Shown: piece after piece, positions 1 to 8,918 of the stretch
Layout of the letters: each line of letters opens with the position of its first letter
Position numbering within the stretch: the stretch's first letter is position 1
Source: Alphaproteobacteria bacterium
Lineage (GTDB): Bacteria > Pseudomonadota > Alphaproteobacteria > UBA828
Reading direction: 5' to 3'
Assembly (NCBI GenBank): GCA_963422645.2
Contig: CAXXVO010000005.1
Location: forward strand, 192,001 to 256,000
Length of the DNA stretch: 64,000 bases
Position numbers and translations under genes: made by a program
Notes under the pieces: model-generated
Seen by the model: the letters and a program-made list of their open reading frames with translations, nothing else
Databases searched by the model: none
Told to the model about the DNA's origin: nothing

Positions 1-226
1 CGGCCTCCCCACTGCGCCCCGCCTCGATGCCGGCAACGGCGGCCGCGAACTGCCGCCCCTCGGCCTCGCGGGCGCTTTCCTGGGCGTCGGCGAGCACCAC
101 GTAGACGACCGCGCCGCCGAGCGCCGCCACGCCCACGCCGAGCAGCCAATAGCGCCACCGCCGCCACAGCTTGAGATAGCGTTCGTGCCGAAGGTCCTCG
201 TCGACCTCTCGGAAGATATCCGCCAC
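1..226 (-). CDS. YfgM/DUF2659-like TPR membrane-anchored protein, 5' part (runs off the window)
   Basis: Manual translation from GTG at 226 gives MADIFREVDEDLRHERYLKLWRRWRYWLLGVGVAALGG, the typical alphaproteobacterial N-terminus; GGAGG RBS upstream. Confidence 0.75.
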   Translation of the reverse strand, partial: MADIFREVDEDLRHERYLKLWRRWRYWLLGVGVAALGGAVVYVVLADAQESAREAEGRQFAAAVAGIEAGRSGEA

Positions 227-283
227 GCGCGTGCCTCCGTCAGCGCCGCCGCCAAGCCATCCCGCGAGGCGCGGGAGCCCGGC

Positions 284-841
284 TCAGGCGGCCTCGCGCC
301 ACTTGATCGAGCAGCCCATGGACGGCAGCTGCTCCTCGGGCCCGCGCCCGGTCTTGGCAACCTGAAGCATGGCTTCGAGGAGCTCACGGCGCGCGTCGGG
401 CACTGGGTCCATCCGGGAGACGTCGAGCCGTCCCCGGTACTGCAGGCCAAGGTTGCTGTCGAAGCCGAAGAAGTCCGGCGTGCACGCTGCGTCGTAGGCG
501 CGCGCGATCTCCTGGGTCCGGTCGATGAGATAGGGGAAGCCGAACCCGTGCTGGGTGCCGAAAAGCCTCATGTTCTCGAATGAATCGGCGGGATAGGCTT
601 CGGTGTCGTTCGGCATGATGGCGACCGCGCCGATGCCCCGGTTCTTGAGTTCGTCCACGTCCCGCACGATTCGGTCGATGATGGCCTTCACGAAGGGGCA
701 ATGGTTGCACAGGAACATCACCAGCGTGCCGCGCTCGCCGGCGCAGTCCGCGAGCGTATAGGTCTTGCCGTCGGTGCCTTCCAGCCGGAAGTCGATCGCC
801 TTCCAGCCGAAATCGCAGACGGGCGTGGTCATCGCCGCCAT
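284..841 (-). CDS. Thioredoxin-family (AhpC/TSA-like) protein
   Basis: FLCNHCPFV, AACTPDFF and SMGCSIKW motifs; start trimmed to MAAMTT. Confidence 0.9.
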   Translation of the reverse strand: MAAMTTPVCDFGWKAIDFRLEGTDGKTYTLADCAGERGTLVMFLCNHCPFVKAIIDRIVRDVDELKNRGIGAVAIMPNDTEAYPADSFENMRLFGTQHGFGFPYLIDRTQEIARAYDAACTPDFFGFDSNLGLQYRGRLDVSRMDPVPDARRELLEAMLQVAKTGRGPEEQLPSMGCSIKWREAA

Positions 842-975
842 GGGCGCAGTCTCCTTGCCATCAGGCTCCGCCGCGTGGGCGCAAAGCGCGAACGGTGGTG
901 TAGAATCACAAACATCGCCCGAAAACGCAACGAAACGAACGAGGTGCCGGGCGACAATAGGGGAAGGCAGCGGCC

Positions 976-1329
976 ATGAGCGAGCGAATTCGAGGGTATC
1001 GAGCATTCTGGGCCTACTACGTATCCGAGCACAGCCTGCCGGGAACGCGCCAGATGCACTTCGTCGGCACGACGGGTTCCGTCGCCTTGGTCGTGGTGGC
1101 GGGGGTGATGAGCGAACCGCTATTGCTGATTGCTGCGGTGTTCTGCGGCTACTTCTTCGCCTGGCTCAGCCACCTCCTGATCGAACGCAACCGGCCGGCG
1201 ACCTTCACATACCCATTCTTAAGCCTGGCCGGCGACTTTCACATGTGGGCGCTGATGTGGCAGGGCCGTATGGACGGCGAGGTCAAGCGACTCGCAGCTA
1301 CAGGCGATCCTGGGCAGCCGGCTATGTAG
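976..1329 (+). CDS. DUF962/Mpo1-like membrane protein
   Basis: FWAYYVSEH...HFVGT...SHLLIERNRPATFTYP. Confidence 0.85.
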   Translation: MSERIRGYRAFWAYYVSEHSLPGTRQMHFVGTTGSVALVVVAGVMSEPLLLIAAVFCGYFFAWLSHLLIERNRPATFTYPFLSLAGDFHMWALMWQGRMDGEVKRLAATGDPGQPAM

Positions 1330-1379
1330 GAGCGCCGGCGCGAAGGCCCCGTTTGAGGCGAAGGCGGATCAGGATGGGA

Positions 1380-1823
1380 TCAGGCTGCGTCGGAGCGCGG
1401 CCTGATAGCCACGTAGGCCATGCGGTAGTGCTCAGGGCAGTAGGGCTTGTCGAGCAGCGCATGCTCGCCGCAGAAATGAAAGTCAGGCTCGCCCGGATGA
1501 CCGGTGGGCCATTTGCATGCCGCGTTGCCGACGGCGAGAGGCGGCTGCGGCGCCCGCGGCTTGATCTGGGTCACGATCCCCGCGGAGCCCGTCGCCGGCT
1601 TCCGCCCATTCGCGCTCTTGGTGCCGTTTGTCGGCCTCGGCGTGCTCGGATAGCTTTTACCGCGCCTGATCGGCGACGGACGCGGCGGCAGCTGCAGCCG
1701 ATGCGCCTTGCCGACAACGGCGTTCTTCGACATCCCGACAGCGCGCCCGATCTCGGCAGTCGTGAGTCCTTCGTTCCACAGCCGGGTCACGGTGGCGACC
1801 CGCTCCGGCGTCCAGGCTGTCAT
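1380..1823 (-). CDS. gcrA: GcrA cell-cycle regulator
   Basis: WTPERV..LWNEGLT..SKNAVVGKAHRL N-terminus; CKWPTGHP..FHFCG..YCPEH C-terminus. Confidence 0.92.
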   Translation of the reverse strand: MTAWTPERVATVTRLWNEGLTTAEIGRAVGMSKNAVVGKAHRLQLPPRPSPIRRGKSYPSTPRPTNGTKSANGRKPATGSAGIVTQIKPRAPQPPLAVGNAACKWPTGHPGEPDFHFCGEHALLDKPYCPEHYRMAYVAIRPRSDAA

Positions 1824-1871
1824 AACCGTCCCTCCGTCTGGTGCCGGGCCCACACCGGTCCAAATCTAGGA

Positions 1872-1886
1872 GTAATTTTGCCCTAA
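1872..1886. promoter_or_regulatory. Candidate CtrA box upstream of gcrA
   Basis: GTAA-N7-CTAA, a 3/4 match in each half to TTAA-N7-TTAA, in an AT-rich patch about 50 bp before gcrA. Confidence 0.4.
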
Positions 1887-2120
1887 ACGCCCAATATACA
1901 GTACCACACACAAAATGCAAGGCTCGCTCGCTCGGTGATTCGCACTGGGGCCGAGATGTGGACCGGTCGCGTGGGCGCGCCGGGTCTTGCACGACGACCC
2001 GATCTTTGGCTAACTCTGCGAATTAGGGAGGAAAAATAAGAAGGGCAGACCCGCGATAGGGAGGAACGCGATGAGACGGGTGGCGGCTCCTGACAGGCGC
2101 GGGCTGAGGCGAGGGCTGCC

Positions 2121-2804
2121 GTGAGCGTGTTTCGCCGCCGCGAGAAGCTGAGCCGACTGGCTCGGCTGCGCCGGTTCGTATGGCCGAGCATGGGCTGGGG
2201 CCGGGTCCTCCGCTACTGGACCTTCAAGCTCAAGCGCCTGCAGGGCTCGCCCTACGCCATCGCCTGCGGCTTCGCCTGCGGCGCGGCGGTCTCGTTCACG
2301 CCCTTGATTGGCTTCCATTTCATCCTCGCTGCGGTGCTCGCGTGGGCGCTGCGCGGCAACGTCATCGCGGCGGCGATCGGCACTGCGGTCGGCAATCCGT
2401 GGACCTTCCCCTTCATTTGGGCGGGCATCATCTGGCTCGGAACCTGGATCCTCGGCTACGAGCGCGGGCAGGAGCTACCCGCGGATATGACGATTGCCAC
2501 CATTTTCGAGGAGCCGGGCACGGTGCTGCTGCCCATGCTGGTGGGCGGCCTGCCGGCAGCGGTGGTGGTGTGGATCGTCTTCTACTTCCCGATCCGACGG
2601 GTGGTGGGCAACTATCAGCACCATCGCCAGGCAAGGCGCCTGCGGCGCCGGCGCATACTCGACGAGGAACGCGAAGCCAGATTGGCCGCCACGCGGCAGG
2701 CGGAGGACGACATCTCAATCCCTGAGGCAGTCCCGGGGGACGCCGAGCCGGCCGCCGCGAACGTAACCCATCTCGACCAGGTGTTGGTGGACCGCGGCCG
2801 CTGA
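2121..2804 (+). CDS. DUF2062 membrane protein
   Basis: [31 protein letters not shown]; DUF2062 commonly lies near acpS. Confidence 0.85.
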   Translation: MSVFRRREKLSRLARLRRFVWPSMGWGRVLRYWTFKLKRLQGSPYAIACGFACGAAVSFTPLIGFHFILAAVLAWALRGNVIAAAIGTAVGNPWTFPFIWAGIIWLGTWILGYERGQELPADMTIATIFEEPGTVLLPMLVGGLPAAVVVWIVFYFPIRRVVGNYQHHRQARRLRRRRILDEEREARLAATRQAEDDISIPEAVPGDAEPAAANVTHLDQVLVDRGR

Positions 2805-2850
2805 TGACGCGCGTGTGGTGAACGCCGCTGCCGATCCGCCGGCGTGGCCG

Positions 2851-3255
2851 ATGATCGTGGGCCTCGGCGCCGACATCGTCGATATTCGCCGGATTGCGGC
2901 CACGCTCGACCGCTTCGGCGCGCGCTTCACCCACCGCGTTTTTACCGCAGTCGAGCGTGCCCGCGCCGAACGCCGGCTGAGACCCGAAGAAACTTATGCC
3001 CGCAGATTCGCCGCCAAAGAAGCCTGCGCGAAGGCGCTCGGCACCGGGCTACGCAAGGGCGTCTTCTGGCGCGACATGGCGGTAGTCAACCTTCCCACCG
3101 GCCAGCCCACGATCGAGCTCAGCGGCGGCGCGCTCAAGCGCTTGCAATCGCTCACGCCTTCGGGCATGAGATGCCGGATCGATGTGACATTGACCGATGA
3201 GCCGCCGATCGCCCAGGCCATCGTGGTGATCACGGCAATCCCAACCATCGACTGA
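2851..3255 (+). CDS. acpS: Holo-ACP synthase
   Basis: [15 protein letters not shown]; [17 protein letters not shown]. Confidence 0.95.
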   Translation: MIVGLGADIVDIRRIAATLDRFGARFTHRVFTAVERARAERRLRPEETYARRFAAKEACAKALGTGLRKGVFWRDMAVVNLPTGQPTIELSGGALKRLQSLTPSGMRCRIDVTLTDEPPIAQAIVVITAIPTID

Positions 3256-3313
3256 CGCAACAAGGGCAGCGGGCGGCCCGGGTCGCGATCAGCTGGAACC
3301 GAAGCGACCGGAC

Positions 3314-4081
3314 ATGGGGCGCGCCAAGACCGAAAGCAAGGGCTCGGCCAAGAGTAGATTCAGCGGCTTCTGGGACACCATCCGGACTCTGATCTACGCG
3401 GTGCTCGCGGCGCTGATCGTCCGCACCGCCGCCATCGAGCCCTTCAACATTCCATCCGGCTCGATGATCCCGACCCTGCTGGTCGGCGATTATCTGTTCG
3501 TGTCGAAGTACGCCTACGGCTACAGCACGCACTCGCTGCCGTGGAGTGTCGATCTGTTCGACGGGCGGATCATCGACAGCCCGCCCGATCGGGGCGACGT
3601 CGCGGTCTTCAAGCTGCCCCGCGACAACTCGACCGACTACATCAAGCGCATCGTCGGGCTCCCCGGCGACCGCATCCAGGTGCTCAAGGGGGTGCTCCAC
3701 ATCAACGGCACGCCGGTGATTCGCGAGCGCGTCGACGATTACAGCTACACGGACCGCTATGGCCGTGAGCGCGTGCTCCGCCAGTATCGCGAGACGCTGC
3801 CGAACGGCGTCTCCTACATGACACTCGACGCCACGCCCACGGGCGGCCTCGACAATACGCAGATTTACACCGTGCCCCCCGATCACTACTTCGCCATGGG
3901 CGACAACCGGGACAACTCGCTCGACAGCCGCGTGCCGTCGGTCGGGTTCATCCCGTCCAAAAACTTTGTGGGGCGGGCCGAGTTCATCTTCCACTCGCTG
4001 GAGGATGGAACCAGCATCGGGGAGGTCTGGAAGTGGCCCAGCGCAACACGCAGCGAGCGGGTATTCAAGGCGATCGACTAG
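3314..4081 (+). CDS. lepB: Signal peptidase I
   Basis: IPSGSMIPTL, DYIKRIVGLPGD, GDNRDNSLDSR. Confidence 0.97.
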   Translation: MGRAKTESKGSAKSRFSGFWDTIRTLIYAVLAALIVRTAAIEPFNIPSGSMIPTLLVGDYLFVSKYAYGYSTHSLPWSVDLFDGRIIDSPPDRGDVAVFKLPRDNSTDYIKRIVGLPGDRIQVLKGVLHINGTPVIRERVDDYSYTDRYGRERVLRQYRETLPNGVSYMTLDATPTGGLDNTQIYTVPPDHYFAMGDNRDNSLDSRVPSVGFIPSKNFVGRAEFIFHSLEDGTSIGEVWKWPSATRSERVFKAID

Positions 4082-4113
4082 CGCCCAAGGGCGGGGCAGG
4101 GAGGCCGAAGAGG

Positions 4114-4818
4114 GTGGTGGAAGACGCCGCCCGATCGGCGGAGTCCCTTGAAGGAGCTCTCGGTCATCGCTTCGAGCGCCCGGCGCTGCTCGCGCTCGCG
4201 CTCAGCCATCCGAGCGCGGGCACGCAAGCCGGCAGCAACCAGCGCTTGGAGTTCCTGGGCGACCGTGTGCTTGGCATGGTCGTGGCGGCGATGCTGTACG
4301 AGGCCTTCCCGCGCGAGGCCGAGGGGGCCCTTTCCCAACGCCATTCCGCGCTGGTCCGCCGCGAGGCGTTGGAGGGCGTGGCCCGCAGCCTGGAACTCGG
4401 CGACCGGCTCACTCTCAGCCGCAGCGAGGACGGCGCTGGCGGGCGCGACAATCCTGCCAACCTCGCGGATGCCTGCGAAGCGGTCATCGGCGCCCTCTAT
4501 ATCGACGGCGGTCTCGATGCCGCCGAGCGCTTCATCCGCCGCTATTGGGCGCGGGCGATGAATGCCGATCCCGAACCGCCGCGCGATGCCAAGACCCGGC
4601 TCCAGGAATGGACGCAATCGCGGGGGCTCGGGCTTCCGGCCTATCGCACGCTGTCGTCCACCGGCCCCGCCCATAGTCCGCTCTTCGAGGTCGAGGCGGA
4701 GGTCGCCGGGCTCGGCAAGGCAGTTGCCGCCGGCACCACCAAGCGCGCGGCAGAGCAAGGCGCGGCCGGCGCGCTGCTCGCGCGCATCGCCGGTCCAGGG
4801 AGAAAGGGCGATGGCTGA
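4114..4818 (+). CDS. rnc: Ribonuclease III
   Basis: NQRLEFLGDRVLG signature plus a dsRBD; start uncertain. Confidence 0.95.
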   Translation: MVEDAARSAESLEGALGHRFERPALLALALSHPSAGTQAGSNQRLEFLGDRVLGMVVAAMLYEAFPREAEGALSQRHSALVRREALEGVARSLELGDRLTLSRSEDGAGGRDNPANLADACEAVIGALYIDGGLDAAERFIRRYWARAMNADPEPPRDAKTRLQEWTQSRGLGLPAYRTLSSTGPAHSPLFEVEAEVAGLGKAVAAGTTKRAAEQGAAGALLARIAGPGRKGDG

Positions 4819-5713
4819 GACCGGCACCCGAGCGGGGTTCGTCGCCGTGCTGGGGGCGCCCAATGTCGGCAAGTCCACACTGGTTAACCGGCTCGTGGGC
4901 GCCAAGGTCGCCATCGTCTCGCCCAGGGTGCAGACCACGCGCAGCCGGTTGCGCGGCATTCGCGTGATCGACAACGTGCAGCTCGTCTTCGTCGATACGC
5001 CCGGAATCTTTGCTGCCAAGCACCGCTTCGAGCGCGCGATGGTCCACGCCGCCTGGAGCGGCGCGCACGACGCCGACGCCATCCTGCTGCTGGTGGACGC
5101 GCGGCGCGGGATGACCGGCGACACCAGGGCCATCATCGACCGGCTCAAGGAGACCGGGCGCGAGACCCTGGTGGCGCTCAACAAGATCGATCTGGTGCCC
5201 CGACACGCGCTGCTGCCGCTCGCCGCGGAGGTCGAGAGAACCGGGCTTGCGGCCGAAATCTTCATGGTCTCGGCGCTCGACGGCGACGGGGTCGAGGACC
5301 TGCTGGAGGTGCTCAAGGACCGGATGCCGCCGGGCCCCTGGCTCTATCCCGAAGACCAGCTCACCGACATTTCGGAGCGCCTGCTGGCGGCGGAGATCAC
5401 GCGTGAGCAGCTCTTCCTGCAGCTGCGCCAGGAGCTCCCCTATGCCATTGCGGTGGAGACCGAAGGCTGGACCAGCGCCCGAAACGGGGGCGCACGGGTC
5501 GAGCAGGTGATCTACGTGCAGCGGGAGACGCACAAGGGCATCGTCCTCGGCAAGGGCGGGCAGCGAATCAAGGCGATCGGCACGGCCGCGCGCACCGAGC
5601 TCTCTCAGATCCTCGGCCGCCCGATCGACCTGAAGCTCTTCGTGAAGGTGAGGCAACGCTGGCTCGAGGACCCCGAGCGCTACCGTGACATCGGACTCGA
5701 ATACGACGTCTGA
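4811..5713 (+). CDS. era: GTPase Era
   Basis: GAPNVGKS, DTPG, NKID and KH-domain GIVLGKGG. Confidence 0.97.
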   Translation: MAETGTRAGFVAVLGAPNVGKSTLVNRLVGAKVAIVSPRVQTTRSRLRGIRVIDNVQLVFVDTPGIFAAKHRFERAMVHAAWSGAHDADAILLLVDARRGMTGDTRAIIDRLKETGRETLVALNKIDLVPRHALLPLAAEVERTGLAAEIFMVSALDGDGVEDLLEVLKDRMPPGPWLYPEDQLTDISERLLAAEITREQLFLQLRQELPYAIAVETEGWTSARNGGARVEQVIYVQRETHKGIVLGKGGQRIKAIGTAARTELSQILGRPIDLKLFVKVRQRWLEDPERYRDIGLEYDV

Positions 5714-5806
5714 CAGCGCGCGAACACGGAGCGCCACACCCCGCTTAATCGCGGCACGCTCGTGTGCCACAGTAGGGCTCGCACTCTGGGACAGGGAGGG
5801 TGCGGG

Positions 5807-6682
5807 ATGACAACGGGCGGCACAGAGCGGCCCAGCGGCGTTCGTTACGAGCCCAATGATAGACCGCCGCCGGCGCTCGCCGGTGGGCTCGGCCTGCAGC
5901 TCGCTATCCTCTGCATCGCCGGCGTCGCACTGACGCCCGCAATCGTGGTCCGCGCCGCCGGCGGGACAGAGTCTTATCTCTCGTGGGCGGTCTTCGGCGC
6001 CGTCCTGGTCAGCGGCATCACCTCGGTCCTGCAAGCGGTCCGCGTCGGGCGGATCGGGGCCGGCTACGTCCTCGTCATGGGCACCTCCGGGGCTTTCATC
6101 GCGATTTGTGTGGGCGCGATTGCCCAAGGCGGGCCGGCGATGCTCGCCACGCTGGTGGTGATCTCCTCATTCTTCCAATTCCTGCTCGCGTGGCGGCTTT
6201 CGCTGCTCCGGCGAATCCTGACACCAACGGTCTCGGGCACTGTCATCATGCTGATACCGGTGACGGTGATGCCGATCGTCTTCGACATGCTGACCCACGT
6301 GCCTGAGGGCACGCCGGCGCTGGCCGCGCCGCTCTCGGCGCTTGTGACGGCGTTGGCGATCTGCGCTATCTCGCTGAAGGCGCAGGGTGTGCTGCGCCTC
6401 TGGGGGCCGGTGATCGGCATCGTCGCCGGCTGCGGGGTTGCCGGGTACTTCGGCCTTTACGATGTCCGCAGCATCGCTGCGGCAACATGGGTCGGCCTGC
6501 CGCAAGGCGGATGGCCGGGCTTCGACCTCGACTTCGGGCCGGTCTTCTGGGGACTGCTGCCGGGTTTCGTGTTCGTGACCCTGGTCGGCGCCATCGAGAC
6601 GGTGGGCGACGGCATCGCCATCCAGCGGGTCTCCTGGCGCAAGCCGCGGGCGGTGGACTTTCGCGCAGTGCAGGGCGCGGTC
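5807..6682 (+). pseudogene. NCS2 (xanthine/uracil) permease, 5' half, interrupted by the recombinase element
   Basis: Multi-TM protein with LQLA, MGTSGAFI and IETVGD motifs; breaks at ...RAVQGAV. Confidence 0.88.
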
Positions 6683-8335
6683 GGGACGCCCTGAACGCAA
6701 AAGGCAACCTTCGCCTTCGGTGCTGTGGTTGCCGGGTTTCGACGGGTCTGGACCGCCGCCTGGCGATCCCGAGATTGGGATTGAATGGCGAATGGTGATT
6801 TTGTCCTCGGTGACCAACACCTCCTTCACGATGAGCCGGACGATGCGCTGCCGTTCGGCGATGTCCAGGGTTTCGGCGGACGAGTGCAGCCGCGCCAGAA
6901 AGCCGGTCAGCGTCTCGGCGAGCCGGAGATAGGTCTCGCGATCCTTCGCCCGATCGACGGTGGATTGCAGTTCGCGATTCAGAGCCTGATCCTGACGACG
7001 GAGCTCGGGCGTTCTGTCGCGCAGTTCATCGATTGTAATCAACTCCTCCTGATAGGCGTTGACCAGGCGGTCGATGCTTTTTCGGACCCGGATCAGACGG
7101 TGCCGCAGGTCGTTCTCGCGCTGCTGGTTTGGATCGGAAGCGCGGGCCGCCTGTAGTCGCCGGTCGATCTCGGCGCCGATCAGTGCTGGATCCTCGAGCA
7201 GGCGGACCACTTCGCCCCAGACGACGTCATCGAGCAAGTCCTGGCGCACCGGCCGACTGTCGCACACCGGTCCGTTGAGATGGCGCCAAGAGTCAGAACC
7301 CAGGCAGCGATAATAGGAGATCTTGCGGGCACTCGTCTGGGCCGATGTGCGAGACAGCGCGTAGCCGCATTTGCCGCACGAGACCAGTCCCTGGAGCACG
7401 CTGGGCGTCTTCGTGCGACGCGGCGCGTGGATCTTGTTCATCTCCAGCCGCTCTTCGGCCAGGGCGAAGGTCTCTTCGCTGACGATCGCCGGCACCGGGA
7501 TCTCGATCCACTCCTCACGCGGTTTTTCGTGACCGCCGGTCGTGCCGCTGGCCACGCCGCGGCGCAGGCGCAGAGGACGTGTCACACATTTACGCGGCAT
7601 CTGGCGGGTCTTGCCGAAACAGGCTTTCCCCTTGTACGCCGGATTGCGGAGCATCGCCCACACCGTCGAGCGTTCCCAGCGCGAGCGCCCGGTGGAGGTG
7701 GGTACCGCGCGCTCATTGAGCCTGCAGGTGATCGCGCCGATGCTCATGTGATCGCAGGTGTAGCAGCGGTAAACCTCGCGAACCACCGACGCCTGCGGCT
7801 CGACGATTTCGTAGAACGCATCGCTGTCCGGGGTTTTCTTGTGGTAGCGGTAGCCATAGGGCGCGCCGCCGAGGACGGCGATTTCGCCGCGTCGCGCCCG
7901 ATGTCGCTTGCCGCGCCGGGAACGCTCCAGGATTTGCGCGCGCTCGTATTCCGCAATCATGCCCTGGAACTGGACGAGCAGATGATCTTCCGGGGTTTCC
8001 ATCGACGGCGCTCTCAAGAACACGGTCTCGACGCCCTGACGGGCCAGCTCCTCGATGATCAGAACCTGGTAGGCATAGCGCCGGCTCATACGGTCCGGGG
8101 CATGGACCAGCACCGTGTCGATGCGCCCTTCCGCGGCGAGATCCCTGACCCGCTCGAGCCCCGGGCGTTCGAGAACGGCGCCGGTATAGCCGTCATCTTC
8201 AATGATCATGTCGGGCGCGACGCTGTAACCGTGGTCCTCGGCGTAGGCGATCAGGGCCTCGGTCTGGCTCGCTATCGTGTTGTCATCTCTCTGCCGCTCG
8301 CCGGAGACCCGCGCGTAAATGGCTGCGATCTTCAT
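6167..8335 (-). CDS. Large serine recombinase; element-encoded part 8335-6685, ORF reads on into host DNA
   Basis: AIYARVS catalytic Ser, DRMSR, recombinase domain, CGKCG..YYRC..C zinc ribbon and coiled coil. Confidence 0.93.
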   Translation of the reverse strand: MKIAAIYARVSGERQRDDNTIASQTEALIAYAEDHGYSVAPDMIIEDDGYTGAVLERPGLERVRDLAAEGRIDTVLVHAPDRMSRRYAYQVLIIEELARQGVETVFLRAPSMETPEDHLLVQFQGMIAEYERAQILERSRRGKRHRARRGEIAVLGGAPYGYRYHKKTPDSDAFYEIVEPQASVVREVYRCYTCDHMSIGAITCRLNERAVPTSTGRSRWERSTVWAMLRNPAYKGKACFGKTRQMPRKCVTRPLRLRRGVASGTTGGHEKPREEWIEIPVPAIVSEETFALAEERLEMNKIHAPRRTKTPSVLQGLVSCGKCGYALSRTSAQTSARKISYYRCLGSDSWRHLNGPVCDSRPVRQDLLDDVVWGEVVRLLEDPALIGAEIDRRLQAARASDPNQQRENDLRHRLIRVRKSIDRLVNAYQEELITIDELRDRTPELRRQDQALNRELQSTVDRAKDRETYLRLAETLTGFLARLHSSAETLDIAERQRIVRLIVKEVLVTEDKITIRHSIPISGSPGGGPDPSKPGNHSTEGEGCLLRSGRPDRALHCAKVHRPRLAPGDPLDGDAVAHRLDGADQGHEHETRQQSPEDRPEVEVEARPSALRQADPCCRSDAADIVKAEVPGNPAAGDDADHRPPEAQHTLRLQRDSADRQRRHKRRERRGQRRRALRHVGQHVEDDRHHRHRYQHDDSARDRWCQDSPEQRKPPREQELEE
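6685..6704 (+). repeat. Left terminal inverted repeat (att half-site)
   Basis: GACGCCCTGAACGCAAAAGG is the reverse complement of 8899-8918. Confidence 0.95.
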
Positions 8336-8489
8336 GGTCGTCTCCTATGTCCTGCGCTCGGACCGGGATTTTGTGAGTTTGATCGGGCACCAGGATCGCG
8401 TAGGCGTTGTGGAGTTTGGCGTCGAGCAGACGATCGAAGGCATAAGCGAGGTGAACCGTGGGCCGAGCGCCCAAGCGACGTTCAGCCAT
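8283..8489 (-). CDS. Small accessory protein of the LSR element
   Basis: 68 aa ORF overlapping both the upstream ORF stop and the recombinase start; core VHLAYAFDRLLDAKLHNAYAILVP. Confidence 0.6.
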   Translation of the reverse strand: MAERRLGARPTVHLAYAFDRLLDAKLHNAYAILVPDQTHKIPVRAQDIGDDHEDRSHLRAGLRRAAER

Positions 8490-8811
8490 GCCGATCCGCG
8501 TCCGATAAAAAGCGTCTCAGCGCCCGCGCGACGATCTCCCCGATGGAGTGGCCGCTGCTCCTGGCGTGGGCTCGCAAGGTCTCCGCCAGAGTGCCTGGAA
8601 TCTTGATGGTGATCGGGATCAGCTCTTCGGTCGGCTCGGCCGGCTGGCCCATGGCGCGCGCGTCCTGGACGTAGCGATAGGACTGACGCTGCGACAGCCC
8701 GAAGCGCTGCGACAGCCGTGCCACGGCTTCGCTCGCCGTGGCGCCCTGGGCGAGCAGCGTGTAGGCGGCATTGAGCCGCTCGACCTTCTGGGATCTTGTT
8801 GACCGGATCAT
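8482..8811 (-). CDS. HTH plus ribbon-helix-helix DNA-binding protein of the LSR element
   Basis: LSQRFGLSQRQSYRYV is HTH-like; ITIKIPGTLAETLRAHA..SIGEIVARALRRFL is RHH-like. Confidence 0.75.
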   Translation of the reverse strand: MIRSTRSQKVERLNAAYTLLAQGATASEAVARLSQRFGLSQRQSYRYVQDARAMGQPAEPTEELIPITIKIPGTLAETLRAHARSSGHSIGEIVARALRRFLSDADRHG

Positions 8812-8822
8812 TTGCCATAAGA

Positions 8823-8852
8823 ATATTACCGTTTGCGGCGCAAGTCAGTCAA
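8823..8852 (-). promoter_or_regulatory. Sigma70-type promoter of the LSR operon
   Basis: TTGACT-N18-TAATAT on the minus strand just before the HTH/RHH gene. Confidence 0.55.
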
Positions 8853-8898
8853 GGGACGGTCTCGCCATTCCACAATCTGACGTTCGAAGCGGAAGTTA

Positions 8899-8918
8899 CC
8901 TTTTGCGTTCAGGGCGTC
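8899..8918 (-). repeat. Right terminal inverted repeat (att half-site)
   Basis: CCTTTTGCGTTCAGGGCGTC. Confidence 0.95.

Larger units (their letters stand above)
6685..8918 (-). mobile_element. Three-gene large serine recombinase (LSR) insertion element
   Basis: Perfect 20-bp terminal inverted repeats; removing the element restores the permease frame QGAV(S/G)ADGVGN. Confidence 0.9.

Noticed and set aside
8796-8918. Open frame from a TTG inside the element into the permease 3' half (possible rescue of expression)
   Set aside because: No clear RBS, antisense to the element's promoter, and half a permease is unlikely to function
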